Under the pieces are notes generated by a model that worked only from the letters and a program-made list of their open reading frames with translations, did no database searches and was not told where the DNA came from. Source: a virus. From it: DNA of 62,572 bases. Made by a program: the position numbers and the translations under genes. Shown here one piece after another: positions 43,231 to 52,491 of this stretch (positions are counted from its first letter, which is position 1; every line of letters starts with the position of its first letter). The stretch lies in IMG/VR virus record IMGVR_UViG_3300033565_000049, positions 1-62,572 of that record; one strand, given 5' to 3'.

Positions 43231-46200
43231 CTATTTTGTGAATCCTCCCATTCCGGTTTGATTGAGAAGATCTTCCACTTCTTTCATTTTTTTGATTCCG
43301 GCCACCATCGGGAACGAAACGCCTCGTTTCATGAGTAATGCAATGGCTTGGGTATTTAGGTTAATGGCATCGGTTAGAGCTGGATCGGAAGAAGCTGCGG
43401 GAATAATAACTGGTGTGGTTGGTCCACCACTTACCGCAATATTACTTTCAAACCCTCCTGACCGGCGATTATTAGGTATTGAACCAGTAGCGGCTAAAAC
43501 AGCCGGGAGATTAAGCTGGGCAATGGTACCATCTTCCTGAGCCAGACGAATAATATCATATGCCTTTTTAACCGTTGGATTTTGGACTGATTTAGCATTA
43601 CCAATAAATTCAGTGCCTTCCTCTCCAGCTCTATAAATACGGTCGCCATTGGTATATCCGCCCGAAGCATACCCGCTGACAAAATTGCCAATTGTTTGAG
43701 CCACAATAAGACCTGTTTGCAGCGCTGCATTTGTATTATTCGCTGCAAGTGGAGCAGCGGCAAAGGCAGCAGCCGCTGCTGGAGCTCCTGGCCCCAGCCA
43801 AGCAAATTCAGCAAGTGCCGTTGAAACAATTGCGGCATTTGCAGCAGCTGCCTTAACCCAAACATCGGCAACGGCTAAGGCTTGTGAGAATAAAAACATG
43901 GCCTTCCCCAGTGCTGATTCCTGTCCAAAAATATTTGCAAGCGCCCCCATGTAAGCCTGTCCCCATTCTATTTTTCTCGAAAGAGTTGCATAATAGGCCT
44001 CGGATTCATTTTTATTTAATTCACTAATCCTCTCATTGTAACGTTCCTCTGCTGCCAATAATTGAGCATGATTATCTCCTGCCAGTGTTTTCTCATACTC
44101 ATATTGCTTCTCAAGCAGCGATTTTCTGTTATCAAAATATTCCTGTAATGTATCAAGACTAACAAAAGGAATGGAAGTATCATTTTGAGATATTGAATTG
44201 AACTTATCGGCAATTTTTTGTTTTTTTCTTAATTCCTCTGCCTTATCTAATGCGGTCATCTTTTTTAGGTGTGCCGCTTGTTTTTCTTCGATGGTTTGGT
44301 TAAGAATATCATTTAAAGTTTCTTCCTCTTTACTGAGGTTTTCGTGTATCCTTAATTGTTTCCACAAACCATCAAGTTCCTGGCTCCAACGTTGTTCCTC
44401 AATAGCTTTTTCTTTTGCAATACCATCCTGAAGATTTTCAATTTTAGCGTTGGCCAGTTCTTTTTGAGCTGCTAAGATTAAGTTTTTTATATTTTGTTCG
44501 GCCTGAACCTGTTTTTCAAGGAATGCAGTTTGAGTTTCTTCATATTCTTTCGATCCTTTTTTATAGATCGTTAGTTTTTCCTGCAAAAAATCAAACTCAG
44601 CCTTTAAGATATCGGCATTGTATTGATCTTCTGAACCTTTAGTTTCAAGATGGTTCTTTTTAATTAAGGTTAACTTGGCATTGTAAGCAGCCTCCTCTAT
44701 TTCAATTTGTTTTTTTATTGCTGCATCACTCAATTTTTCACCTGAATTTCCTTGTTTGGTAGTTCCCAATTCTTTCAATGCATCAATTTCTTTCTGTTTT
44801 GCTTCAGCCCTTTGGTTTCTGGCAGCAACCAATGCAGGAGTAGCAGCAATTTCTTCATTAATATCCTGCAATTCTTTTTCCTTCAGCTTAATCAGGTCTT
44901 CAGCAAGCTTAGTATCGCCACCACCTGGTTTTGCTCCTGAATCGTCAGTTGAACTCTTCTGATTGCTATCCATTTGCTCGGTTAGCTTCTTTTTTGTCAA
45001 GATCAAAGCCTTTGTTTTTTCATCGATGTTATTAAGAGCTGTCATCGTTGATTTACCAGCATACACAGCAGCATTACCGGCAGATGTTGCCATATTCCAT
45101 GCATTCTGCCAGAAAGTAGGTTCAGCGCCTTTCCCATTTTCAAGATCAATCAATTCTTTTTCGATGTCAACCAATTTCTGAAACCCTGCCTGAGCTTTCG
45201 CTTTGTTTTTAATCGACTCGATATATTCATCAGTCGCTTTTTTTGCCTCGTCAGTATTGATCTTTTCCAGGGTAAGATTACCTAGAAGTTCAGGTGAAAG
45301 TGCATTAATATCCTTAATTGCTTTTCGACGTGTTTCATCCGATAGATTTTTGTTTTTTGCAATTTTGAGTAATTGATCAAGCTTTATTTTCTCTTCAACC
45401 ATCGCTTTTTGAGCCTCAATGTTTACATCATTAATTGCTTTCTGCGCTTGCTGTACATCAGTAAGTTTTCGAGAATACATGGAAAGTGCTATGACTGCGG
45501 CAGTAATTATTCCAATGAATAAACCTATTGGATTAAGTTTTGTAACGGCGCTGAATACACGCATGGCCTGAGTTGCTCCCTTTATGTTTCCGGTAAGCAA
45601 CATTTGCGCAGCTGCCCAAAGTTGAGTTACTGCTATTTGAGCATTAATGGCCAGTGTTTCGAGTTTACGGGCAATTATGCTTTTCAGTGTTAGGCTGTAC
45701 TCTATTTCACCTATGATAATGGATTTTGACTTTTGCTTGACTAAAAATTCCTGCCAAAATGCGGCCAGTTTTGTGGCTACGGTATAGCTAACTATTGCTG
45801 CAGTAGAAGTGAAAATCACGCCGCTATACTTTATAAATACATCGACCAGATAAGACAAAATAGCTAACGATTTGCCAAAATATCCGGTTACCAAGGTCAT
45901 TGCCGGTGAAAGTTTTTCACCCAGCGCAATGCTGATGACATTGATACGATTACGCGCTTGAGCTAACTTTGCATTATTATTATCGGTATTGATGGCGGCC
46001 TGTTCAATGGCTACGTTGGTGCCGGTCATTGCCTTTGTATATTCATTCAAGTTTGCACGCTCTCTAACCAATAATTCCCCCATTTTAGCATGTTCTACAT
46101 CAAATATATCAGCAGCAGTAGTACCAGAAGCATACATCTTTTCAAGTTTATCAAGTGCAGCATTCATATCGAACACTCCATTGACATAACCAATTTGCTT

Positions 46201-47253
46201 TTCACGCATTTTTAATAAGACACGGTCAAAACTTCTCCCCGCGATTTCTGCCTGTTCATAATATGGTGCAACTGCTTCAATTGCACCTCCCCATTGTTCC
46301 AATGGAATTTTCATCAGGCTAGCCGTTGTTCCTGATTTCTCCATCGCTTGAGTCAAATATGGTATTTCACCAGCCCCAACTTTTGATCCTGCTGCGAAAA
46401 CATTTATGATTCTTCGACTTTCACTAGCTTTCATATTGAACTGATTCAATGTCATAGCGAGTCCAGCAACTGCCGGGTCTAGTTCTGTTTTTGCAGCATT
46501 AGCAAGTATAATTGCTTCTGTTGTTACTGTAGCCAAGTCTTCTTTTACTTTCAGTAATTCAGGCCTTTTACTTCCAACTTTTGTAAAACCATCAACAATC
46601 TCCTGTGCGCTTTGCTTAATTCGTATTCCTCCTTCGATTGTAGATGTGGAAAGATTTTTGGCTTTCTGGCTTAACCAGTCGAGATCGTCACCGGCTAACC
46701 CGGTTAAAGCAGAAAGATTATCGACACGTTCTTCATAATCGTTAAAAGCCTGAACGACTTGTTTCATCCCGAGGATAAAGCCTGCTAATGAAGCAGCTCC
46801 AGCGGTGATAATGCTGAAATACTTATTTGCTCCTTCGGCCATACGGCTCCAAAGTGGAGTATGTGCTTTCTGCTCGTTGCTCAATTCCCCAAGTTTAGTT
46901 TTCAGAGCCACCACCTTTTGTTGTTGTGCCTGATAGCCTGGATCGGTCTGCTGCATTTTCTTCAGGTCGTTGGTAGCTTTCCGAACGGCTTGCGACAATT
47001 CGTTAAAGCTTGCGCCATTGATATTTTTCAATACCCGGTCAACGTCGAACGCTTCTTTTTTAAGATTCCTGATTTCGGTATTGGTAGCCTTAAGCTGTTG
47101 TTGTAGTCGTTTTTCTTTTTGTGGATCACCGGCGGCAGCAGCTTCCATCATTGCATCGCGGAATTTCTTTGCTTTAGCAGTGAGGTTCTCCAGTTCCTGC
47201 TCTGCCTGTTTGCCATCGAGTATTACTTTGGGGCGGGCGACTTCGTTCTTCAT
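43231..47253 (-). CDS. tail tape measure protein
   Basis: 1340 aa with long coiled coils, central TM/hydrophobic segments and a Gly/Ala-rich C-terminal part. Confidence 0.85.
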   Translation of the reverse strand: MKNEVARPKVILDGKQAEQELENLTAKAKKFRDAMMEAAAAGDPQKEKRLQQQLKATNTEIRNLKKEAFDVDRVLKNINGASFNELSQAVRKATNDLKKMQQTDPGYQAQQQKVVALKTKLGELSNEQKAHTPLWSRMAEGANKYFSIITAGAASLAGFILGMKQVVQAFNDYEERVDNLSALTGLAGDDLDWLSQKAKNLSTSTIEGGIRIKQSAQEIVDGFTKVGSKRPELLKVKEDLATVTTEAIILANAAKTELDPAVAGLAMTLNQFNMKASESRRIINVFAAGSKVGAGEIPYLTQAMEKSGTTASLMKIPLEQWGGAIEAVAPYYEQAEIAGRSFDRVLLKMREKQIGYVNGVFDMNAALDKLEKMYASGTTAADIFDVEHAKMGELLVRERANLNEYTKAMTGTNVAIEQAAINTDNNNAKLAQARNRINVISIALGEKLSPAMTLVTGYFGKSLAILSYLVDVFIKYSGVIFTSTAAIVSYTVATKLAAFWQEFLVKQKSKSIIIGEIEYSLTLKSIIARKLETLAINAQIAVTQLWAAAQMLLTGNIKGATQAMRVFSAVTKLNPIGLFIGIITAAVIALSMYSRKLTDVQQAQKAINDVNIEAQKAMVEEKIKLDQLLKIAKNKNLSDETRRKAIKDINALSPELLGNLTLEKINTDEAKKATDEYIESIKNKAKAQAGFQKLVDIEKELIDLENGKGAEPTFWQNAWNMATSAGNAAVYAGKSTMTALNNIDEKTKALILTKKKLTEQMDSNQKSSTDDSGAKPGGGDTKLAEDLIKLKEKELQDINEEIAATPALVAARNQRAEAKQKEIDALKELGTTKQGNSGEKLSDAAIKKQIEIEEAAYNAKLTLIKKNHLETKGSEDQYNADILKAEFDFLQEKLTIYKKGSKEYEETQTAFLEKQVQAEQNIKNLILAAQKELANAKIENLQDGIAKEKAIEEQRWSQELDGLWKQLRIHENLSKEEETLNDILNQTIEEKQAAHLKKMTALDKAEELRKKQKIADKFNSISQNDTSIPFVSLDTLQEYFDNRKSLLEKQYEYEKTLAGDNHAQLLAAEERYNERISELNKNESEAYYATLSRKIEWGQAYMGALANIFGQESALGKAMFLFSQALAVADVWVKAAAANAAIVSTALAEFAWLGPGAPAAAAAFAAAPLAANNTNAALQTGLIVAQTIGNFVSGYASGGYTNGDRIYRAGEEGTEFIGNAKSVQNPTVKKAYDIIRLAQEDGTIAQLNLPAVLAATGSIPNNRRSGGFESNIAVSGGPTTPVIIPAASSDPALTDAINLNTQAIALLMKRGVSFPMVAGIKKMKEVEDLLNQTGMGGFTK

Positions 47254-47286
47254 AACTCTTCAGTTGAAAGATTAATGTTTCAAGTT

Positions 47287-47322
47287 GAAAGTTAATGCGG
47301 GAGGCAGGCCAAATAAAGGACA
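47287..47322 (-). promoter_or_regulatory. promoter-family member (TGTCCTTTa-N19-TAACTTTC)
   Basis: 33 nt upstream of the ATG at 47253. Confidence 0.55.
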
Positions 47323-47357
47323 TATCCCGAAACAAGTTCGGGATGACTAGCATAAAT

Positions 47358-47388
47358 AAAAAACCCCGGATCAGTTGGTCCGGGGTTT
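47358..47388 (-). terminator. intrinsic terminator overlapping the stop of 47371..47517
   Basis: CCCCGGA-loop-TCCGGGG followed by a T6 run in minus sense. Confidence 0.65.
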
Positions 47389-47517
47389 AAGGATATTTTG
47401 GAGGCGGCGAATTTCGCGTTTTATTTTCAGGAGTTGGTTTTTGGCTCGGTCGAATTCTATTTTGGCAGCTTCTTCCAACTGCCTGAGTTCTATCAGGCGG
47501 TCGCGGATATCGGTCAT
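47371..47517 (-). CDS. 48-aa coiled-coil protein (below the track cutoff); paralog of 56471..56626
   Basis: Hand-translated as MTDIRDRLIELRQLEEAAKIEFDRAKNQLLKIKREIRRLQNILKPRTN. ATGA overlap with the upstream stop. Confidence 0.6.
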   Translation of the reverse strand: MTDIRDRLIELRQLEEAAKIEFDRAKNQLLKIKREIRRLQNILKPRTN

Positions 47518-47804
47518 GGCCTTGCAAGTTGGCTAAAATTATCGCGAACCATCGCAAGCTCTGTTAAAAGTGAAGCAACTTTTGTCTTTTCACTATCATA
47601 TATATCATCAGAATGTTTTATTACCAGGCATATTACGTCGGCAATTATTCGGCATGAATCATCAAGAAGTTCATTATCGTGCGATTGAATCTCTTTAAGA
47701 AATTCTATGGCCTTATCGGTAAGTAAAACGCCATTAACAATGGTGCAATTTTCGGTTTTGTTTTCGTCTGATTTTTTCATGATCTTTGTTGTGTTAAAAT
47801 TCAT
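47514..47804 (-). CDS. hypothetical protein
   Basis: 96-aa ORF (alternative start MKKSDE at 47780). Confidence 0.5.
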   Translation of the reverse strand: MNFNTTKIMKKSDENKTENCTIVNGVLLTDKAIEFLKEIQSHDNELLDDSCRIIADVICLVIKHSDDIYDSEKTKVASLLTELAMVRDNFSQLARP

Positions 47805-47811
47805 TTTTAAT

Positions 47812-47852
47812 ATCCCCCGGCAGGTGCTAGTAACACCTGAGCCCCGGGGGAT
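47812..47852 (-). terminator. nested hairpin terminator after the antirepressor gene
   Basis: Outer stem ATCCCCCGG/CCGGGGGAT; inner stem CAGGTG/CACCTG. Confidence 0.55.
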
Positions 47853-47863
47853 TGTTGTTTTGA

Positions 47864-48634
47864 TTAACCATTTACAATTTCAATGATCTTTGCTTTTATC
47901 TTCTCAATCTGATCCTCAAATCCTTTGATGCGAAGTTTTACCATTTCTTTTTTATATCCTTCGGGCATTGGGTTTTCCACTTCCAAAATAAAATCGCTCT
48001 GGTACCGCAATTTGTTTTTATTTTTAGAAATGTTCCGCTGGATGTTATTTTTCATGTTTCTCAACTGGTCGAGATCGTTGGGCAACTCCGATCCGATTGC
48101 TTTTAATTGCTCCTGCGCTTCAGGAAGTTGTTTTCCCTGAAACAGGTTTGGTTTTATCTGCGTCCATTCGTTTGGCAGCGATGCCAGGCATAAATCGCGG
48201 TGTTGCTTTTGTTCGGTAATGTATTCCATTACCTGCCGGTTGACCCGTATAGCCGCATTGATGTTTTCGACATACCTCCGGATATCTTCGAGCTGGGCGA
48301 TTTTTGATTCATTGCCATGCCATAAATAGTCAAATATATTTGCCTGGAATATTTCAAATTTTTCTCGTAACTCACCCCTCACAATAGAAGGGTTAATCAT
48401 CTGTATCCATCTGGCGAACCCTCTATTCTGAATGGTAAGTCGTTGTTTATTATCTCGAAATAGTGACTCAAACCGGTTTTTTCCTGTGTCCGTTTGGCAT
48501 ATTTTATCTCTTTTTATATTCTGAACTTGATTATCGTAGTCAAGTCCGAAAAAATCACATACTGGTTTTACAAACCAATCGCCATTATCCGATCGAAACA
48601 TGAAGCCATTAAAAAAATCTAATTCGTTTGCCAT
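47864..48634 (-). CDS. antirepressor-like protein (P22 Ant N-terminal domain type)
   Basis: WFVKPVCDFFGLDYDNQVQNIKRDK parallels the P22 Ant motif (..V.MKPICE.IGLDW..Q...IQRD). Confidence 0.6.
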   Translation of the reverse strand: MANELDFFNGFMFRSDNGDWFVKPVCDFFGLDYDNQVQNIKRDKICQTDTGKNRFESLFRDNKQRLTIQNRGFARWIQMINPSIVRGELREKFEIFQANIFDYLWHGNESKIAQLEDIRRYVENINAAIRVNRQVMEYITEQKQHRDLCLASLPNEWTQIKPNLFQGKQLPEAQEQLKAIGSELPNDLDQLRNMKNNIQRNISKNKNKLRYQSDFILEVENPMPEGYKKEMVKLRIKGFEDQIEKIKAKIIEIVNG

Positions 48635-48661
48635 GATTTATAGTTTGAAATTAAACATGTA

Positions 48662-48694
48662 CAAATTTAAATCAATTTCTATTTAATATCCAAA
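48662..48694 (-). promoter_or_regulatory. promoter for the ant-like gene (TTTG-N21-TAAATTTG)
   Basis: Perfect -7 box with a -33 TTTG. Confidence 0.55.
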
Positions 48695-48733
48695 TAATAT
48701 CTAAAAGAAATTATAAAAATATTTTTAAAGGCT

Positions 48734-48763
48734 TTTGAAAGTATCTTTTAAATATTACTTTTG
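48734..48763 (+). promoter_or_regulatory. promoter for the RHH gene (TTTG-N18-TACTTTTG)
   Basis: Perfect -7 box 31 nt before the ATG at 48795; back-to-back with the ant promoter. Confidence 0.5.
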
Positions 48764-48794
48764 TTATCAATTACAATGACTTTAAAATACAATC

Positions 48795-48953
48795 ATGGGA
48801 AAAACACCATTTAGTTTAAAACTTGATTCAGATATTATGGAAGCAGTTAAAGAACAGGCAAAGAAGGAACATAGACCTGTGAATAATTTTATTGAAGCTG
48901 TTTTGATGAAATATCTGGAGGAACAGAAAGAAAAAGAAAAACCCGCTGAATGA
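48795..48953 (+). CDS. 52-aa ribbon-helix-helix (Arc/Mnt/CopG-like) DNA-binding protein (below the track cutoff)
   Basis: Hand-translated as MGKTPFSLKLDSDIMEAVKEQAKKEHRPVNNFIEAVLMKYLEEQKEKEKPAE. Beta-strand FSLKLD followed by two helices. Has its own terminator. Confidence 0.65.
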   Translation: MGKTPFSLKLDSDIMEAVKEQAKKEHRPVNNFIEAVLMKYLEEQKEKEKPAE

Positions 48954-48964
48954 GCGGGTTTTTT
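48941..48964 (+). terminator. intrinsic terminator of the RHH gene
   Basis: ACCCGCT-gaatg-AGCGGGT plus a T6 run; the stop codon lies in the loop. Confidence 0.75.
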
Positions 48965-48966
48965 GT

Positions 48967-49077
48967 TTATATAATACCGAGTAATGACAATATAATTGCA
49001 ACAATTAGAATAATGAGCCCCGGAATAAGGTAGGGTTTAACGCGGTAACGCCAGATTTGTTTGCGAAGATCATCCAT
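48967..49077 (-). CDS. 36-aa single-TM peptide (below the track cutoff)
   Basis: Hand-translated as MDDLRKQIWRYRVKPYLIPGLIILIVAIILSLLGII; starts 2 nt after the upstream stop. Confidence 0.3.
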   Translation of the reverse strand: MDDLRKQIWRYRVKPYLIPGLIILIVAIILSLLGII

Positions 49078-49079
49078 GG

Positions 49080-49631
49080 TTACCAACTATCATTTGACTT
49101 CATTTTTGCTTTTAAAGATTCAATCGTTTTATGAAATTCCTGATTAGAACCTTCGTAAATGGCGGCATTAAATTCGGCTGTTTTCTTTATTAGTTTGGCT
49201 GATGGATTTTTCATGCCTGCTTCTTTAACAAGAACCTGTTTAGCACCATCAAATGTAGAGGCATTCTTATATTCATCAATTGAATGCGGCCCGCCACTAT
49301 CTATAAATATTGAACCAATCTCATATTTATAGATAGAATCTCTAACTGATATTTTTACGGTAAAAGAGGTACTTAATACAATAGGAACCGTCATTACTAT
49401 TGATTTATATGGTAATGCAATTTTCATTGTACCTTTTCCAATAAGTTTACCTGCGACTGGATCATCCATTTGTAAAACACTGTTAGCAGATTTAAAATAT
49501 TCTGCAAACCATTCCCTTCCTGAAACATATAGTTGATTTGCCATTTTTCCCGGCACTTTAATAACTTCAGAATATTCCTGTGCAAATGAAATGAGTGGTA
49601 GAAAAAATAGAATTAGTAATAGTTTTTTCAT
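49080..49631 (-). CDS. DUF4468-like secreted protein (moron)
   Basis: Signal peptide MKKLLLILFFLPLISFAQ, plus the pattern ANQLYVSGREWFAEYFKSANSVLQMDDPVAGKLIGKG. Confidence 0.55.
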   Translation of the reverse strand: MKKLLLILFFLPLISFAQEYSEVIKVPGKMANQLYVSGREWFAEYFKSANSVLQMDDPVAGKLIGKGTMKIALPYKSIVMTVPIVLSTSFTVKISVRDSIYKYEIGSIFIDSGGPHSIDEYKNASTFDGAKQVLVKEAGMKNPSAKLIKKTAEFNAAIYEGSNQEFHKTIESLKAKMKSNDSW

Positions 49632-49682
49632 GTTGGATTGATTTTTGGTTTATCCAACTAAGTTATGACAAATGAATGAAAT

Positions 49683-49717
49683 AAAAAAGCGATAAGGAGC
49701 TTAAACCTTATCGCTTT
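49683..49717 (-). terminator. intrinsic terminator
   Basis: AGCGATAAGG-loop-CCTTATCGCT followed by a T6 run in minus sense. Confidence 0.7.
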
Positions 49718-49757
49718 AAATGGCAGATTGCCACGCTGCGCTCGCAATGACGGGAAA

Positions 49758-50177
49758 TTAAGTTTTAGTGTTTCCTTCAACGTCGAACGATTCGAGGTTG
49801 ATCATGATCACCTGCGAAGCTTTCATGGCATATTTTTCGGCCAGTAATTCACGAAGGATCTGCAACTGGTGATAGAATGTTTTGCTATACCAAGGCTTTG
49901 CATGACGGCCATTCATGCCGGCAGCCATCAATTCGGTCGCTTCCGATTTCGATACACCATTGCCCACACCCATATCGACAAATTTACCGTAATACAAAAA
50001 TGCGAACTCGATACGCTCCGGATCGCCGTTGGCATTGGTAATGACATGGTGTGCAAAACTGTTGTAAAGCGCATGACTGTAATTGATATTCAAACGAATG
50101 ATTTTTTCGAGCCAGGTCTTAATTACAATCTCGGCCCATGCTTCGATGGTGAGTGATAGGGTTGTATTGTCGCTCAT
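49758..50177 (-). CDS. head-tail connector/tail-completion-type structural protein (position-based)
   Basis: 139-aa ORF with a 4-nt overlap with the upstream gene. Confidence 0.5.
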   Translation of the reverse strand: MSDNTTLSLTIEAWAEIVIKTWLEKIIRLNINYSHALYNSFAHHVITNANGDPERIEFAFLYYGKFVDMGVGNGVSKSEATELMAAGMNGRHAKPWYSKTFYHQLQILRELLAEKYAMKASQVIMINLESFDVEGNTKT

Positions 50178-50674
50178 GACCAGTCATCCTTATTATAAAC
50201 TAAGCGGGTATCGCCATCGGTAACGGTGAACGAGAACATGACTCCGTGAAAATTCACACCAACAGGCCCCACATTTTGGTATGGAATACTGGTAAAGTCG
50301 AGAAAATCCAATCCGTTTAATCCTTTACGTTTATCGCGGATCATCCGGGCAAGTATTTTAAACCCGGCAGTTTTGCAATTTTGTTTGGCCAGTTCTTCAG
50401 CGTCAAAATCGTTGTAATCTTCCACTTTTTCAAGCACATAAAAAACGAAGTATGGCGAATCAAGAAAATTGTCCGCTTTGTTCATGTCGCCCACTGATCC
50501 TTCTTCGTTGTTGTGGATAACCAATACACGGCCTGAAACGTCGGTTTGCATATTGAGCAATTCTTCCAGTCCGGCAATTCCGGAGCAACGGAAAAAACGT
50601 TTGACTGAATTGGTGTGGCCAATGTCTTTTAGGCGAGTGGCGCAATCGAGCATGTATGATTTGAAGTTGAACAT
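50174..50674 (-). CDS. structural protein (unknown role)
   Basis: 166-aa ORF. Confidence 0.55.
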   Translation of the reverse strand: MFNFKSYMLDCATRLKDIGHTNSVKRFFRCSGIAGLEELLNMQTDVSGRVLVIHNNEEGSVGDMNKADNFLDSPYFVFYVLEKVEDYNDFDAEELAKQNCKTAGFKILARMIRDKRKGLNGLDFLDFTSIPYQNVGPVGVNFHGVMFSFTVTDGDTRLVYNKDDWS

Positions 50675-50688
50675 GATATTGAGTTTTG

Positions 50689-50765
50689 CCTTCGACTGCT
50701 TCGCGCTCAGGCACCGGTGCGTTGAACAATGCGCCGCCCACTGAGCAGCGAAGCGTGTCGAAGTG
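50689..50765. repeat. REP-like hairpin
   Basis: CCTTCGACTGCTTCGCGCTCAGG ... CTGAGCAGCGAAGCGTGTCGAAGTG with a 29-nt GC-rich loop. Confidence 0.75.
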
Positions 50766-50767
50766 GG

Positions 50768-51595
50768 TTATTTTTTATTCGGTTTTTGTTTTTCGATCAT
50801 GCGTTCGAGCAGATCCAGAACATCCCATGCCGGTGAGTTGAATATCTGTTCGTTCTTAGTTACATCTCCCAGATTAAGGTCTGATACCAATTGTATAAAT
50901 CCTTTTACCGGACTTACAGGGGCTTCGGATGAAACGCCTGAAGACTTGAATACCTGCGGATGCGCTTCGACCATCGCATTGCGGCAACCGGCATAAAAGG
51001 TATAAACCGCATAGCGTTTGTTCACCGAGAGAAATCTGAACCATTTTGCACGGTGCGGATAGATAAAATCGTTGAACGGTTGACGGCGATCTCCATTGTA
51101 ATCGGGCGACATGGGATGGTAATCGGCTTGCTGTGGCCGGTATAAAACGGCACAAAGCATGTTCAGGTAAAAACCTTTGCGTTGTGTTTTGGAATTGTTG
51201 TAGGCAAAAAACTGACCTTCAGCATGAATAAATTCTTTCCAAGAAATGTTTCGGCATTCGCGGCATGGTCCCCAGTACCGACGTAAGCCCATCCGGAATG
51301 AAGGAAATAGATTGACGGTTAACTTACAATTTTCGGTCAGGTAATTTACAAACTGAAGGAACCAGGTTAACTCCAGATCAGTCATCCAGAATTTTTCCTT
51401 TCCTCTTTTAAATGCCCAATACATCTGATCTTTCTCAATTTTTTGCGGCAATGCTTTTACTCCGGTTAGTCTTAAAAAAGCTTTCAGGCGAAACGTATTG
51501 GCATCGAACCCGCTCCGGAACAGCCTGCAGATATAAAGTAGCTGATTTCGCGTCAGTTCGTTCCATTTGGGCAGATGCAGGTTTATTTCGCTCAT
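50768..51595 (-). CDS. structural-module protein (unknown role)
   Basis: 275-aa ORF. Confidence 0.55.
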   Translation of the reverse strand: MSEINLHLPKWNELTRNQLLYICRLFRSGFDANTFRLKAFLRLTGVKALPQKIEKDQMYWAFKRGKEKFWMTDLELTWFLQFVNYLTENCKLTVNLFPSFRMGLRRYWGPCRECRNISWKEFIHAEGQFFAYNNSKTQRKGFYLNMLCAVLYRPQQADYHPMSPDYNGDRRQPFNDFIYPHRAKWFRFLSVNKRYAVYTFYAGCRNAMVEAHPQVFKSSGVSSEAPVSPVKGFIQLVSDLNLGDVTKNEQIFNSPAWDVLDLLERMIEKQKPNKK

Positions 51596-52491
51596 CCTGT
51601 AATCCCTCCAATAAAAAAACCTGATTCCTGACCATCGGTAGCATTATCGTAAGGCGCTTCGTAAGCATTTGAAGCATAAACCGGATAAGTATCGAGGTGA
51701 TTTCTCAGGTATGAAAGTGAAACACTTAAGGCGGTAACATACCGGTTCAGTAAATAGGCAGTGTCGGCAGTGGGGTTTGTTGATGTGTGAAAATGAATTT
51801 CTGCTTTCAATGCCAGTGCCTGTTGAATGAGCGGTTTAACCGCAGTATCGTTTTTGGTTCGCAAATCGGCTAAAAACTCGGCGCTGAATACGTTGGTAAA
51901 CGTGGTGGCTTCTTCAAAATTAATATGCCGTTTGAGATCGACAAACCGGCGGCGACTGCAATTGATATCGATTAACTGGTCGAATACTGAAGCGGATGGA
52001 ATTAAACTTCCGGTATTCACACTTGATTTGTTCCAACTGGTATATTTATCTGCATTGGTTTCGAGGAACAATAACAAGCGGTCGAGACCATCGTTGGCAG
52101 CCTGAAGGCAGGAGTCTTTCAGATCGCGAACGCGTTCCATACTTGCAGGAGCCTGATTCTGGTTACTTACAATACCAAAACCATATCCGGTGGCCACCAG
52201 GTTAAACTGCGGAATACTTTCGAGAATAGTAAGGTTGGCCAGTACCGGCTTCAGTGCAACAATCAGTTTATTCATGTAGGCAGTATCCGGATCAAGTTCT
52301 GAACCTGCTGAACCACTCCCTTCGATAAGTTCAGGGAAAGCATGTTCGTAAATTTGTTGCAGAAGATCGTCGCCCAGGTATTTAGGCAGATATTTATAGA
52401 ATGCCCTGATCTCGAAAGCTTCATATTTTGAGGCGTCGTTGATTGAATTCAACGGCAGATATGTTTTTATATCTTCTATCGTTAGTATCAT
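51592..52491 (-). CDS. structural-module protein (unknown role; follows portal)
   Basis: 299-aa ORF with a 4-nt overlap with the portal stop. Confidence 0.55.
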   Translation of the reverse strand: MILTIEDIKTYLPLNSINDASKYEAFEIRAFYKYLPKYLGDDLLQQIYEHAFPELIEGSGSAGSELDPDTAYMNKLIVALKPVLANLTILESIPQFNLVATGYGFGIVSNQNQAPASMERVRDLKDSCLQAANDGLDRLLLFLETNADKYTSWNKSSVNTGSLIPSASVFDQLIDINCSRRRFVDLKRHINFEEATTFTNVFSAEFLADLRTKNDTAVKPLIQQALALKAEIHFHTSTNPTADTAYLLNRYVTALSVSLSYLRNHLDTYPVYASNAYEAPYDNATDGQESGFFIGGITG

